64,000 nucleotides of DNA from Candidatus Woesearchaeota archaeon (GTDB taxonomy: Archaea; Nanobdellota; Nanobdellia; Woesearchaeales; BS150m-G63), in NCBI GenBank assembly GCA_016784165.1, contig JADHVD010000002.1, forward strand, positions 6,045-70,044, in the 5' to 3' direction. Position 1 is the stretch's first letter, and each line of letters starts with the position of its first letter. Positions 47,542 to 57,780 of the stretch are shown here, piece by piece. The position numbers and the translations under genes are program-made. Under the pieces are notes generated by a model that was not told the origin of the DNA, ran no database searches, and was given only the letters and a program-made list of their open reading frames with translations.

Positions 47542-48238
47542 AATGAAAATATTATTATTTGATACAGGACCAATAATTAGTATGACTATGAATCACATTA
47601 TATGGTCTCTAAAACTTCTTAAAAAACAATTCAAAGGTAAATTCTATATAACAGAAGCAGTAAAAAAAGAGTTAATAGATAAACCACTAAGGACCAAAAA
47701 ATTCAAATTAGAAGCACTCCAAACGCTTTATAGAATAAATGCAAAAACACTTGAAATTAAAACAGCACCAGGATTAGATTCCAAAACAGATTATTTACTT
47801 AAGCTCGCTAATACTTGCTTTAAGTATGATTCACATTACCTTAAAATTGTTCAATATGCGGAAATAGAAACACTTGCTTTAGCACTTATAATTAAAGCTG
47901 ACGCTATTGTGATTGACGAGAAAACAACAAGGTTATTAGTAGAAGACCCCAATAAATTAGAAAAAATCCTTTCTTATAAAATCCATAGGAAAGTTTCAAT
48001 AGATCAAACAAATTTAAAAAAATTCATAACAGCAGTAAAAGGTGTAAATCTTATAAGGTCAGCTGAATTAGTTTCTATAGCCTTTGAATTAGGATTATTG
48101 GATAAATATATCTCTAATAGGCCAAATGCAAAAAAAGAATTATTAGAAGCATTATTATGGGGAATTAAATTAGAAGGTTGCGCAATATCTGAAAAAGAGA
48201 TTAGAATGATAGATAAACTAGAACGTAAAAATTTTTAA
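47531..48238 (+). CDS. Putative PIN-like domain protein
   Basis: N-terminal ILLFDTGPIIS (PIN-type acidic residue context) and later acidic residues; 235 aa; overlaps the upstream HTH gene by 11 nt. Confidence 0.35.
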   Translation: MDYKMKILLFDTGPIISMTMNHIIWSLKLLKKQFKGKFYITEAVKKELIDKPLRTKKFKLEALQTLYRINAKTLEIKTAPGLDSKTDYLLKLANTCFKYDSHYLKIVQYAEIETLALALIIKADAIVIDEKTTRLLVEDPNKLEKILSYKIHRKVSIDQTNLKKFITAVKGVNLIRSAELVSIAFELGLLDKYISNRPNAKKELLEALLWGIKLEGCAISEKEIRMIDKLERKNF

Positions 48239-48340
48239 TTTTTTAATAAATAGACGACAAAATCTCCTTTTATACGAAAAGTTTATATATTTAAACCCTT
48301 TTTTCTCCTCTATAACTTAAAATATTGGGGGTAAATTAAA

Positions 48341-48574
48341 ATGGCTGAAAAAGTTGAAAAAGCAGGAGTTAAAAAAGAAGGTGGATATCTATATTTCGTT
48401 GACAAAGCAGGAGATATTTCCAGAGCTAAAATGGCTCGAGGCGGAAGAAAAAAAGGTTCTACCGGTACTGAAAAAGTAACAAAAGTGGGAGTCAAAAAAG
48501 AATCAGGATACCTATATTTTGTTGACAAAGCAGGAGACGTTTCAAGAGCTAAAATGGCTCGAGGAAGGAAGTAA
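48341..48574 (+). CDS. Small basic protein made of two tandem ~36-aa repeats (GVKKE(G/S)GYLYFVDKAGD(I/V)SRAKMARG)
   Basis: Internal duplication visible at both protein and DNA level; GGGGGT SD-like sequence 8 nt upstream; the antisense track ORF 48310..48528 is an artefact. Confidence 0.6.
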   Translation: MAEKVEKAGVKKEGGYLYFVDKAGDISRAKMARGGRKKGSTGTEKVTKVGVKKESGYLYFVDKAGDVSRAKMARGRK

Positions 48575-48668
48575 TAACTTCCTTTTTTATTTTTTATTTT
48601 CTATTCTTAAAAATATAAATTCTTAAATAATCAGATTAATTTCTTAATAAAAGGGTGTGGGGAAAATA

Positions 48669-49874
48669 ATGAAATTTGCACATTTAGCAGACTGTCATAT
48701 AGGGGCTTGGAAAGAGCCCAAACTGAGAAATGCTAATAGTAAGGCATTTACTAAAGCAATAGAATTATGTATAGCTCAAAAAGTTGATTTTATTCTTATA
48801 AGTGGTGATTTATTCAATACAGCTCTCCCTAGTTTAGATTTATTAAAACTAGTTGTGATTAAACTTAAAGAATTAAGAGATTTAGGTATATCAACCTATA
48901 TAATTCCAGGAAGTCACGATTTTTCTCCAAGCGGGAAAACCATCTTAGATGTACTTGAAAAAGCAGATTTATTGATTAACGTATTTAAAGGGAAAGTAGT
49001 TGGCAAGAAATTAGTATTAGAATTTACTACAGACGAAAAAACAGGAGTAAAGATAACAGGAATTTTAGGTAAAAGGGGAATGTTAGAAAAACATTTTTAC
49101 CAATCCCTGGATAAAAAATCATTAGAAGATGAACCAGGTTATAAAATTTTTATGTTCCATACAGCATTAACAGAATATAAACCAAAAGAGCTAAAGATGA
49201 TGGACTCTGCACCATCTTCCTTTTTACCAAAAAATTTTAATTATTATGCTGGAGGACATATACATTATGTTTTTGAAAAAAGAGAAAAAAATAATCTTCT
49301 TATTTACCCTGGGCCTTTATTCCCAAATAATTTTAGAGAAATAGAAAATTTAGGCGTAGGTAGCCTTTATATCATAACAGATAATAAACCAGAGTTTTAC
49401 CCCATCCAAGTTTATCCGTCTCTTAGTATAAAAATTAAAGGAGATAATAAAACACCCGAACAAATCGAAGGAGAAATTAAAGAAAATATAAAAAATAAAG
49501 AATTTAATAATACTATTGTTACAATTAGGGTAAGTGGAGAATTAAAAACAGGAAAACCAACAGATATCAATTTTAAATCTATTTTTGCTGAACTCTATCT
49601 TAAATCTGCTTATTTTGTAATGAAATCTACTTCTATGTTAAGTTCAAAAGAATTCAAAGATATAAAAATTAGTGATAGCCCAACAACAGATATTGAAAAT
49701 TTTTTAATTGAAGAAGATCTAAAATCTAAAAATGAGATTTCAAAAAAAGATTTAATTAAATCATTAATAATTTTATTAGATAAAGAAAAAGAAGAAGGAG
49801 AAAAAGTGAATGATTTTGAACATAGAATCCATGATGATTTGATTAAAGCACTCAAAGTAGATGATTTGTTTTAA
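48669..49874 (+). CDS. mre11: Mre11/SbcD-family calcineurin-like phosphoesterase nuclease
   Basis: MKFAHLADCHIG (motif I), FILISGDLFN (motif II GDxxD), PGSHD (motif III GNHD-like), GGHIH (motif V); start moved to 48669. Confidence 0.7.
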   Translation: MKFAHLADCHIGAWKEPKLRNANSKAFTKAIELCIAQKVDFILISGDLFNTALPSLDLLKLVVIKLKELRDLGISTYIIPGSHDFSPSGKTILDVLEKADLLINVFKGKVVGKKLVLEFTTDEKTGVKITGILGKRGMLEKHFYQSLDKKSLEDEPGYKIFMFHTALTEYKPKELKMMDSAPSSFLPKNFNYYAGGHIHYVFEKREKNNLLIYPGPLFPNNFREIENLGVGSLYIITDNKPEFYPIQVYPSLSIKIKGDNKTPEQIEGEIKENIKNKEFNNTIVTIRVSGELKTGKPTDINFKSIFAELYLKSAYFVMKSTSMLSSKEFKDIKISDSPTTDIENFLIEEDLKSKNEISKKDLIKSLIILLDKEKEEGEKVNDFEHRIHDDLIKALKVDDLF

Positions 49875-49938
49875 CCTACCAATTAAATAATAATTAATTC
49901 TAAGAACATTTAAATACTACCTCTAAATAACCTCAATC

Positions 49939-50169
49939 ATGGCAAAAGAATCAAAAGACGAACAAATAGGTTTTCATAAAGGATCTCTTTCAACATTAGC
50001 TAAAGAAAGGCAAGAACTGCAAAGAATTCTTCAGATAGTAGAACAACTGATGCAGATGCACGTGTCTTCTTTAAAAGACCTTGGTGTAGACCTTTCAGAA
50101 GAAATAGCACAAACAGAAGAAAGCACTAACAAAAAAGCACCAAAAAAACCAATAGAAGATTTGCTTTGA
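49939..50169 (+). CDS. Small hypothetical helical protein
   Basis: 76-aa ORF downstream of mre11; not Rad50. Confidence 0.35.
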   Translation: MAKESKDEQIGFHKGSLSTLAKERQELQRILQIVEQLMQMHVSSLKDLGVDLSEEIAQTEESTNKKAPKKPIEDLL

Positions 50170-50322
50170 TAAATCTGTTAGACTTTCTTAAATTTAGGTG
50201 TTTATTATACTAAATGGATTTTTAATGTAAATTAGTGAAATCTTTACTAAATAGTGGTTACAGACGAAAACTTTAAATATATATAGTCTTGATTTAAGAG
50301 TATAATTAATATAAATTCAAAA

Positions 50323-51594
50323 ATGAAAAATATTCTTGATAATTTAGAAGACTTAGTAAAAGAATCACCTGAAATAGTTTTAAAAAGAAAATTAATAGAT
50401 GAACCTTACAACACTATACTCGGAATGGTGAGGAGGGGGAAAAAACCCCAAAAAGTAGATGATTTGAAAAATGAATTAGTTTACTCTATTTTTGATATCA
50501 ATAAAGATGAAAGTTTGAGAATGCAAAGTGGAGATCACATTTCTAAACCTTACGTCAATAATCTTGTGATTATACAAGGCAAAACAATTCCAACAAATTA
50601 TTTATTTCAAAATTTATTTTCTTCAAAATTAAATTTTCCTGAAAAAAATAAATATAGTTCTATTGATTCTTTTCTTCGTAAAGCGGGTAAAAATATGGTG
50701 GAAAATGTTTTTGGAGAAGAAACTTCTAAGGTATTTAAGTATTCATATGAAAAACATTTACAAACAAAAATTATGAGGGCAATGACAAACACTTATTTCT
50801 CACACCCAGTTAGGGTGGCCCACGCAATAAAATCAGATAAGTTATCACAAGAATATGTGTTATTGGCTTTTCTTCATGATATTATAGAAGAGACACAAAA
50901 ATACAGAAAAAAGAAAATAGAAAACATTACAAAAAAAATGAAAGATGCGCCAACTTCTGAAAAATATTCAAAAGTTATTGTGAAAATAAATAATCAAATA
51001 AAAAATCCTCCTGAGTTAAATGAAATAATGGAATTATTTTATAGGGATCAAGAACTTGGAAAAAATATTATTAAACCACTTTTAGCAATTAGCAATTATA
51101 AAAATAAAAAATATTCTAATTATATTAAAGATATGTTTGATTATTCTAAAAAATGTGTACAAAAAGGAGAGGGTAAACAATTTCCATGTGATAGGGCAAT
51201 AATTGTAAAATTATATGATGCCATAGATAATACACAAACTCTTGTAGGCACTAGTGGAAATGCCCAATTAAAAAGACTTAGGAGAAATGTAATATTGGGG
51301 GATTATACTTATCATTTTTTAGATCAAAATCATATTTCAAAAAAAGATAAACCCTTAATATGGAAAGGATTAAAAAATCTAATATATTTTTCTGCAATTA
51401 ATGCAGATAAATTTGATAGATTATATTCTTTAGAATCTAAATTAAATGTAGATCAAAAATTGATGGAAGACCATTATGATAAAAGTTTTATTTACGCATC
51501 TACTCTTTTTTCAGAAATAAATCAAGGAATAAGATCTCTTGCAGAGAAAGTACTTCCAAAAGAAATATTAAAAAATCTTTATAATAAAAAATGA
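50323..51594 (+). CDS. RelA/SpoT-type HD-domain protein (putative (p)ppGpp/alarmone hydrolase, Mesh1/SAH-like) with an N-terminal extension
   Basis: HPVRVAHAI (H), AFLHDIIEET (HD), VKLYDAIDNTQTL (cf. SpoT VKLADRLHNMRTL) in the correct order and spacing. Confidence 0.6.
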   Translation: MKNILDNLEDLVKESPEIVLKRKLIDEPYNTILGMVRRGKKPQKVDDLKNELVYSIFDINKDESLRMQSGDHISKPYVNNLVIIQGKTIPTNYLFQNLFSSKLNFPEKNKYSSIDSFLRKAGKNMVENVFGEETSKVFKYSYEKHLQTKIMRAMTNTYFSHPVRVAHAIKSDKLSQEYVLLAFLHDIIEETQKYRKKKIENITKKMKDAPTSEKYSKVIVKINNQIKNPPELNEIMELFYRDQELGKNIIKPLLAISNYKNKKYSNYIKDMFDYSKKCVQKGEGKQFPCDRAIIVKLYDAIDNTQTLVGTSGNAQLKRLRRNVILGDYTYHFLDQNHISKKDKPLIWKGLKNLIYFSAINADKFDRLYSLESKLNVDQKLMEDHYDKSFIYASTLFSEINQGIRSLAEKVLPKEILKNLYNKK

Positions 51595-51601
51595 ATAGAA
51601 A

Positions 51602-52585
51602 ATGTTAGAAAAAAAAATAAGCGATCTTTTAGTGTATGTGGCAGATCCATTTAATGAAAATAATTTAACTAATCAAGATTATATAAATATAAGAAAACAA
51701 TTAAAACAGGATTTTGAAAGGGGACATTCTCTTTTAGATGAGTTGCGTTTAGATTGTATATCTGGGTGTGGCCACATATCTAATTTTGAGGAGTATAAAA
51801 TAAACAACCCTTACGAATTATTAAAATTTATGATGGAAAAAAGACCAGTTAGATTAGTACAACAATTACAAAAAACTTATAGAATTTACCATAAATCCGG
51901 AAATAATAACAAAAGAGTTCCATTTTCTAAATTAACTGAAGAGGAACTTAAAATGATTGATATTTCACAATACACTCATAAGTGGAGACAAGAGGTAGAA
52001 AAAAGACCCCACCATACTTATTCTAGTTTTAATATTCTTAAAAAAAGAAAATTGGTCAAAGCAAAATTATATATTCAACGAAATAAAAATCTTGGTAATC
52101 TCCCACATGCAGTATTCCAAAGACAGAAACGGAGAAAAAGAATAATAGAAAAATTAATTAAAAGAATAATTGATGAAAAAGATAAAATAGGGGATAGTAA
52201 GAATTTCAACAATTCTAATTGTTATGTTGAAGATTTTTTTGGATTAAAGATTTGTTGCACAAATTGGAATCCTCAAAATATAAATAATTTACTATATAAT
52301 TCTAAATCAAAAAAATGGGTTGTTGATAATTTTATAGATCATAGGAAGGATACTGATAAAAATATTAATCACCTTAAATATTATTTACATAAAAAAGGAG
52401 AAACTAGAATTCCTTTAGAATTACAATTTACAACAATAAATGATTTTCTTTTAGATGAATTTTTTAGTGCAGAAAATCATGTGCGCTATACAAGTAAAAG
52501 AAGAACAGAGATGAAGGAATACAAAAAAAGAAAGGAATATGGGGTGATGGAAGAAAGATTACAAAAACTTCTTTCTTTTTTATAG
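51602..52585 (+). CDS. Lysine-rich hypothetical protein; weak resemblance to RelA/SpoT-type nucleotidyltransferase (synthetase) motifs
   Basis: YVEDFFGLKICC (cf. D-x-x-G-x-R-I-I) and IPLELQFTT (cf. EVQIRT); tentative, from pattern memory only. Confidence 0.25.
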   Translation: MLEKKISDLLVYVADPFNENNLTNQDYINIRKQLKQDFERGHSLLDELRLDCISGCGHISNFEEYKINNPYELLKFMMEKRPVRLVQQLQKTYRIYHKSGNNNKRVPFSKLTEEELKMIDISQYTHKWRQEVEKRPHHTYSSFNILKKRKLVKAKLYIQRNKNLGNLPHAVFQRQKRRKRIIEKLIKRIIDEKDKIGDSKNFNNSNCYVEDFFGLKICCTNWNPQNINNLLYNSKSKKWVVDNFIDHRKDTDKNINHLKYYLHKKGETRIPLELQFTTINDFLLDEFFSAENHVRYTSKRRTEMKEYKKRKEYGVMEERLQKLLSFL

Positions 52586-52591
52586 GCTAAA

Positions 52592-53221
52592 ATGGGTGAC
52601 AAATTATTTTTTAAACAAGTTAGGGAATTCGATGATCTAGCTTCTAAATTGATACTCACTTCAGCAAAGAATGGTTTTTTCAATATTAATGGAAATAATT
52701 CTTCAATAGGGGTTAGGGGGTCTGATGAAAAAATTGTTTTTGAAGCAATCAAAAAAGCAGGAGAAGATTATACTTATAAACCCACTTTTGTTGATCCGTC
52801 TTGTGGCCAAGGTATTCCTTTAGTTTTATCAGCTAAAATGGGATATGATACTTATGGTTCAGATATTGAAAATGGGATAGTAAAAATAACTAATAAATTA
52901 ATTCTTAATTTAGAAAAAAAGAATGTTATTCCTAAAGGGAATATTAAAAAAATAATTCAAGGAGATCTATTGGATTTAAAAACATATAATTCATTAGGGG
53001 TTGATTTTTCAGATGTTGATATTTTTTATAATTATACTTTCAGGAGTATACAAAAACATTTTTTTCATTTATTTTCTGATTCTGCAAAACAAGGAGCTAA
53101 ATTAATCCATATTCCAGGATACAAAAAAATAAAGAGAAACTCTTTACTCGATTTAATGGATAATATTGAATTATTTTATGAACATCCCGAGAATATTTAT
53201 CAAATTTATACCAAAAAATAA
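52592..53221 (+). CDS. Putative class I SAM-dependent methyltransferase
   Basis: FVDPSCGQGIPLV (motif I-like D/ExGxGxG) and an acidic residue after beta2 (YGSDIE). Confidence 0.4.
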   Translation: MGDKLFFKQVREFDDLASKLILTSAKNGFFNINGNNSSIGVRGSDEKIVFEAIKKAGEDYTYKPTFVDPSCGQGIPLVLSAKMGYDTYGSDIENGIVKITNKLILNLEKKNVIPKGNIKKIIQGDLLDLKTYNSLGVDFSDVDIFYNYTFRSIQKHFFHLFSDSAKQGAKLIHIPGYKKIKRNSLLDLMDNIELFYEHPENIYQIYTKK

Positions 53222-53222
53222 G

Positions 53223-53681
53223 TTAATTAGAAACAACCCTCAATCTTCTTTCTTTTGGGACATAATTGAGTATTTTTTCTTCTTTATACCTTCCACAACC
53301 AAGAATATCTTCTTTATGTTTTAAAATTACAAAACCACTAACATTTGATTTTTTATGTATATCTTGTCCAGTCAACCATTCTTCTGCTTCTCTATCATTT
53401 AATTCAATAATATTCTTGGTTACTTTTTTCCCAATCATTTGGCCACCTTCAATAGATAGTCTCACTTCATCTCTTCTATATTCTCCAAAATATAATCCAA
53501 TAGAGTCTATTCTCAGAGTTTCTAAATTAAGTTTTGCTAGATCTTTATTGATTAAATAGAGCCTATTTCTTTGATTCATTAAAAAAACATAATCTAATTT
53601 CTCTTTAAATCCAAATTGTTGTTTTAAGATTTCCGTAATCTTCTTTATTTCTTTATTGTTTAATATTTTGAGGTTTTGCAT
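53223..53681 (-). CDS. PUA-domain protein (NIP7-like ribosome biogenesis factor?)
   Basis: C-terminal ...GFVILKHKEDILGCGRYKEE... resembles a PUA-domain C-terminus; 152 aa. Confidence 0.35.
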   Translation of the reverse strand: MQNLKILNNKEIKKITEILKQQFGFKEKLDYVFLMNQRNRLYLINKDLAKLNLETLRIDSIGLYFGEYRRDEVRLSIEGGQMIGKKVTKNIIELNDREAEEWLTGQDIHKKSNVSGFVILKHKEDILGCGRYKEEKILNYVPKERRLRVVSN

Positions 53682-53701
53682 TTTTTGAGAAAAATTAAAA
53701 T

Positions 53702-54988
53702 TTATATTAAAAATATGTTTTCACTTCTTTCTGAAACTTCTCCTCTGAGATTTTTTGAGTATAATTTCTGGACTTCTTTTTTAGGGTAGTTACTTAAAAG
53801 CCATGCTAATTTTATGTATGATGTTTCAGGAGTTGTGTCGCAGTAGTTTCCCAATACACCTGCTTCGCTTAATAATCTTCCAGAGGAATATACGTTCAAG
53901 TTTACCCTTCCATAAATTGTTTGGGAGGTCATTACTGTAACTGTTTTTTTACATAACTCTTTTATTGTATTTAGTATTTTTTTGTTTTCTTTTGTGAATT
54001 TATCTGATTCTAGGACTGGTATATGTCCAAGTCCTGTTCCTTCTATTATTAACCCATCAAAATTCTTGTAAGAGTTAAATTCTTCAGCATACATTCCAGG
54101 TTTTGATTTTATTAATCCCACTTTAACATCTTTGAACAATCTCAGTTTTAGTTTGGGTTTTTGATTTTTGATTTTTGGTATGTTGATTAATTCTACTTTT
54201 TTATTTTTGTAATTTACTTTTGCAATTGGATTTTTGTTGATTGGTCTAAATGCATCTCTTCTTGAGGTGTGCATCTTTCTTGAATTTAATCCATCTATGA
54301 TTAAGCATTTATCATCTTCTTGATTTTCATGCATGCAAATTGTTACTCCAGCTATAGCAGTATTTGCTACAAAAATGCAAGCAGAAATTAAATTTACTGC
54401 AGCATCACTACTCCCTCTATCAGAACTTCTTTGTGCCCCAACTAAAACAACTGGAACACTCAAATCTTCTAATATAAATGATAATGCAGCAGAAGTGTAA
54501 TGCATTGTATCTGTACCATGAGTTACTATTATCCCTTTAACTCCTTTTTCTACTTCCTTTTTTATCTCTTTAGCTATTAGATTATAATGTTCAAACACCA
54601 TGTTTTCACTCATTATATTTCCAATCAATCTGCTCTTGATATTTACAATATCCCCCAATTCAGGAAACATTCCAACTAATTCTTCTGGTTTAAATTGTGC
54701 TAGCACTCCACCTGTTTTGTAATCCACTTTTGAGGCTATTGTCCCCCCAGTGTGTAGAATTGTTATATCTGGAAGTTTTTTGTTCTTCTTTACTTTAGAA
54801 AATTTACCTTCTTTTGTTTTCTTTTTGCTAATGATATTAATACTTTTAATATTTCTTTTTTTGATGCCAAGATTATATCCATTGTCTAATTTAATAAATG
54901 AGAAATCTGTTTCTTCTGGCATAAGGATTCCATTAATACTCTCATCCTTTAATTTTATTTCGACCGCGTCACCTGCTTTAGCTTCCAT
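53702..54988 (-). CDS. gatD: Glutamyl-tRNA(Gln) amidotransferase subunit D (GatD; asparaginase-like)
   Basis: ILHTGGTIASK (asparaginase threonine motif), HGTDTM, 428 aa with an N-terminal GatD-specific domain. Confidence 0.8.
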   Translation of the reverse strand: MEAKAGDAVEIKLKDESINGILMPEETDFSFIKLDNGYNLGIKKRNIKSINIISKKKTKEGKFSKVKKNKKLPDITILHTGGTIASKVDYKTGGVLAQFKPEELVGMFPELGDIVNIKSRLIGNIMSENMVFEHYNLIAKEIKKEVEKGVKGIIVTHGTDTMHYTSAALSFILEDLSVPVVLVGAQRSSDRGSSDAAVNLISACIFVANTAIAGVTICMHENQEDDKCLIIDGLNSRKMHTSRRDAFRPINKNPIAKVNYKNKKVELINIPKIKNQKPKLKLRLFKDVKVGLIKSKPGMYAEEFNSYKNFDGLIIEGTGLGHIPVLESDKFTKENKKILNTIKELCKKTVTVMTSQTIYGRVNLNVYSSGRLLSEAGVLGNYCDTTPETSYIKLAWLLSNYPKKEVQKLYSKNLRGEVSERSENIFLI

Positions 54989-55039
54989 TAATTTAATAGA
55001 TAATTAACTACTTTAAATAATTTACCAATAATTTTAAAT

Positions 55040-55420
55040 ATGGCACATACACCATTAATATTTCTCAAAATGATTGCAGACATATTATATAAATCGTTCA
55101 ACCAGGAACAAAAAGCACAGGCAGACACAATCTGTAAAATAATCAATACATATATTTCTGAAGATCTTCGTAACAACCCTTCTATTAGGATTAGGGAAGC
55201 AACAAACGGCAGCAACGTTATCCTCACTCCCAACAATTTAGAAGAAATAGCAAAAGAAGTAATTCACGAATCTAAGAAATATTTATGTGAACACCAACAG
55301 GTATCAGAGGAGATAAAAGCATATGTTTATATCTTAATGGGGGAATGGTGTGGGATGTTAATTTATGATAAGAATCACAAACGACATTTAGATTTAAAAG
55401 AAATCTACCATAAAGATTAA
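55040..55420 (+). CDS. Hypothetical protein
   Basis: 126-aa ORF; no motif recognized. Confidence 0.35.
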   Translation: MAHTPLIFLKMIADILYKSFNQEQKAQADTICKIINTYISEDLRNNPSIRIREATNGSNVILTPNNLEEIAKEVIHESKKYLCEHQQVSEEIKAYVYILMGEWCGMLIYDKNHKRHLDLKEIYHKD

Positions 55421-55487
55421 CATACTTTTTTTGAAAAAATATATTAAAGAAAAAGTCAAATATATCAAAAAAGTGATTTAAAAAATA

Positions 55488-57755
55488 CTAACCCATGTAT
55501 GATGGTGCTTCTTTTATCTCTTTTGCCCTTGCAGCCGCAAACTCTTCTTTTATGTTTTGATATTTTTCTTCAATATCTTTTGCTACAGAAGCACGAACTA
55601 TTTTTAATGCATTATCGAAGTTGGTAGCAGTTACATTTTTAGCTTTTATGTCTTTTCTTAATGCGTCAATTGCTGCTTCTCTACACACTGCTTCTATGTC
55701 TGCTCCAACATAACCTTCTGTTTTATCAGCTAAAGTTTTTAGGCTAATTTCTTTTAAGGGCATTTTTTCTGTGTGGATCTTGAATATTGCTTCTCTTGCT
55801 GATTTATCTGGTACGGGTGTGAGGATTATTCTATCAAATCTTCCTGGCCTCAACAAAGCAGAATCAATTATATCTGGACGATTGGTTGCTGCAACAACAA
55901 CAACTTCGTGCATACTATCTAATCCATCCATTTCTGTGAGCATTTGATTAACAACTCTTTCACTAACTTTAGCATCAGTACTTGCTCCCCTTTTTGGGGC
56001 AATACTATCAATTTCATCAAAAAATAGGATTGTTGGACTATTTTGTCTTGCTTTATGGAATATTTTTCTCATCGCTTTTTCACTCTCTCCAACCCATTTA
56101 CTCATCATTTCAGGACCTTTAATCCAAATAAAATTAGCTTTACTTTCTGTAGCAACTGCTTTAGCCAGCAAAGTTTTTCCAGTTCCCGGTGGACCATATA
56201 ATAATATTCCTTTTGGTGGTTTAATCCCCATACTATTGAAAACTTCTGGCTGTTTTAAAGGCCATTCAACAGCTTCAATTAATTCTTGTTTAACTCCATC
56301 CATCCCACCAACAGAATCCCAAGGTATAGTTGGAACTTCTACTAGCACCTCTCTCATTGCGCTAGGTCTTACAACTTTTAATGCTTCTTCAAAATCTTTT
56401 TGATTAACAATTAATTTCCCAAGTACCTCTTTAGGAATATTACTATCTTCTTTTAATTTTAAATCTGGAAGAATTCTCCTTAATACTACCATTGCCGCTT
56501 CTTTAGCCAGCGAAGCCAAGTCAGCACCAACAAAACCATAAGTAATATCTGCCAACCCCTTTAGATCAACATTTTTTGCTAAAGGCATGTTTCTAGTGTG
56601 AATTTTTAAAACATTTAACCTGCCTTCTTTATCTGGAACTCCAATTTCAATCTCTCTATCAAACCTTCCTGGCCTTCTTAATGCTTGGTCAATTTCATTC
56701 ACTATATTAGTCGCTGCAATAACAACAACCCTTCCTCTAGATTTTAATCCATCCATTTCAGCTAATAGTTGGGCAACCACTCTTTTTTCAACTTCGCCTT
56801 TACTTTCTTCTCTTTTTGAAGCAATAGCATCTATTTCATCAATAAATATAATTGAAGGAGCATTCTTTTCTGCATCCTCAAACTTCTTTCTTAGATTTTG
56901 TTCACTTTGTCCATAAAATTTACTCATAATTTCAGGACCATTGATCAATATAAAATGAGAATTTGTTTCATTAGCAACTGCTTTAGCAAGCAAAGTTTTT
57001 CCAGTTCCAGGTGGACCATGTAATAAAACTCCTTTAGGAGCTTCAATTCCTAATCTTTCAAATAATTCAGGGTGTTTTAAAGGCAACTCAACCATCTCCC
57101 TTATTTTTTTAATTTCGTCTTCTAAACCGCCGATATCCTCATAAGCTATCTCTGGCAAAGTTTCTTCTTCTATTTTTACAGGTTCTGGATTAATTGTTAA
57201 TTCAGTATTATTTGTAATAATTACTGCTTGTTTTGGAGTTACATCAGCAACCATGAATCTAATCCCTCCAATACCAAAACTCATTCTAAGATCTCCTTCT
57301 AACACTTTAAAGATTTCATCAAAAGGACTATGAGAAAGAACATCTCTTCTTGTTTTAGTTCCACCAATACTAATTATATCTCCCCTTACAACAGCTCTAC
57401 CCAATAAACCTCTTTTAAATAATTGAGGCGGTGCCTGAATTCTTCCAGAAAGGGGCGCTATCGTGGCTTTTTTAGCTTCTTTAATATCTGTTTTTTGGAC
57501 TGAAACACTTTCACCAATACCTGTTTTAGCATTTCTTCTCATAAAACCGTCCAATCTTATTATACTTAACCCAATATCTCCAGGATAAGCCCTATCTACA
57601 ATTCCAACGGTTTCTCTTTCACCCTTAATGCTCACTATATCTCCTGGTTTTACATCTATCTCTCTCATAAAACCAGAATCAATTCGAACAATGCCTTTAT
57701 TTACATCGTCTTGAAAGGCTTCTACTACTTTTAATTTAATTTCCTTTTTAGACAT
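55488..57755 (-). CDS. cdc48: CDC48/VCP-like AAA+ ATPase (double AAA domain)
   Basis: Two Walker [19 protein letters not shown] / [18 protein letters not shown], two Walker [10 protein letters not shown] / [10 protein letters not shown]-terminal CDC48 double-psi barrel region. Confidence 0.9.
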   Translation of the reverse strand: MSKKEIKLKVVEAFQDDVNKGIVRIDSGFMREIDVKPGDIVSIKGERETVGIVDRAYPGDIGLSIIRLDGFMRRNAKTGIGESVSVQKTDIKEAKKATIAPLSGRIQAPPQLFKRGLLGRAVVRGDIISIGGTKTRRDVLSHSPFDEIFKVLEGDLRMSFGIGGIRFMVADVTPKQAVIITNNTELTINPEPVKIEEETLPEIAYEDIGGLEDEIKKIREMVELPLKHPELFERLGIEAPKGVLLHGPPGTGKTLLAKAVANETNSHFILINGPEIMSKFYGQSEQNLRKKFEDAEKNAPSIIFIDEIDAIASKREESKGEVEKRVVAQLLAEMDGLKSRGRVVVIAATNIVNEIDQALRRPGRFDREIEIGVPDKEGRLNVLKIHTRNMPLAKNVDLKGLADITYGFVGADLASLAKEAAMVVLRRILPDLKLKEDSNIPKEVLGKLIVNQKDFEEALKVVRPSAMREVLVEVPTIPWDSVGGMDGVKQELIEAVEWPLKQPEVFNSMGIKPPKGILLYGPPGTGKTLLAKAVATESKANFIWIKGPEMMSKWVGESEKAMRKIFHKARQNSPTILFFDEIDSIAPKRGASTDAKVSERVVNQMLTEMDGLDSMHEVVVVAATNRPDIIDSALLRPGRFDRIILTPVPDKSAREAIFKIHTEKMPLKEISLKTLADKTEGYVGADIEAVCREAAIDALRKDIKAKNVTATNFDNALKIVRASVAKDIEEKYQNIKEEFAAARAKEIKEAPSYMG

Positions 57756-57780
57756 TCTCTAAAATTTATTTTATCAAATT

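Noticed and set aside
48310-48528. 72-aa minus-strand ORF
   Set aside because: Antisense to the tandem-repeat small basic protein gene; its own repeats simply mirror the sense-strand duplication.
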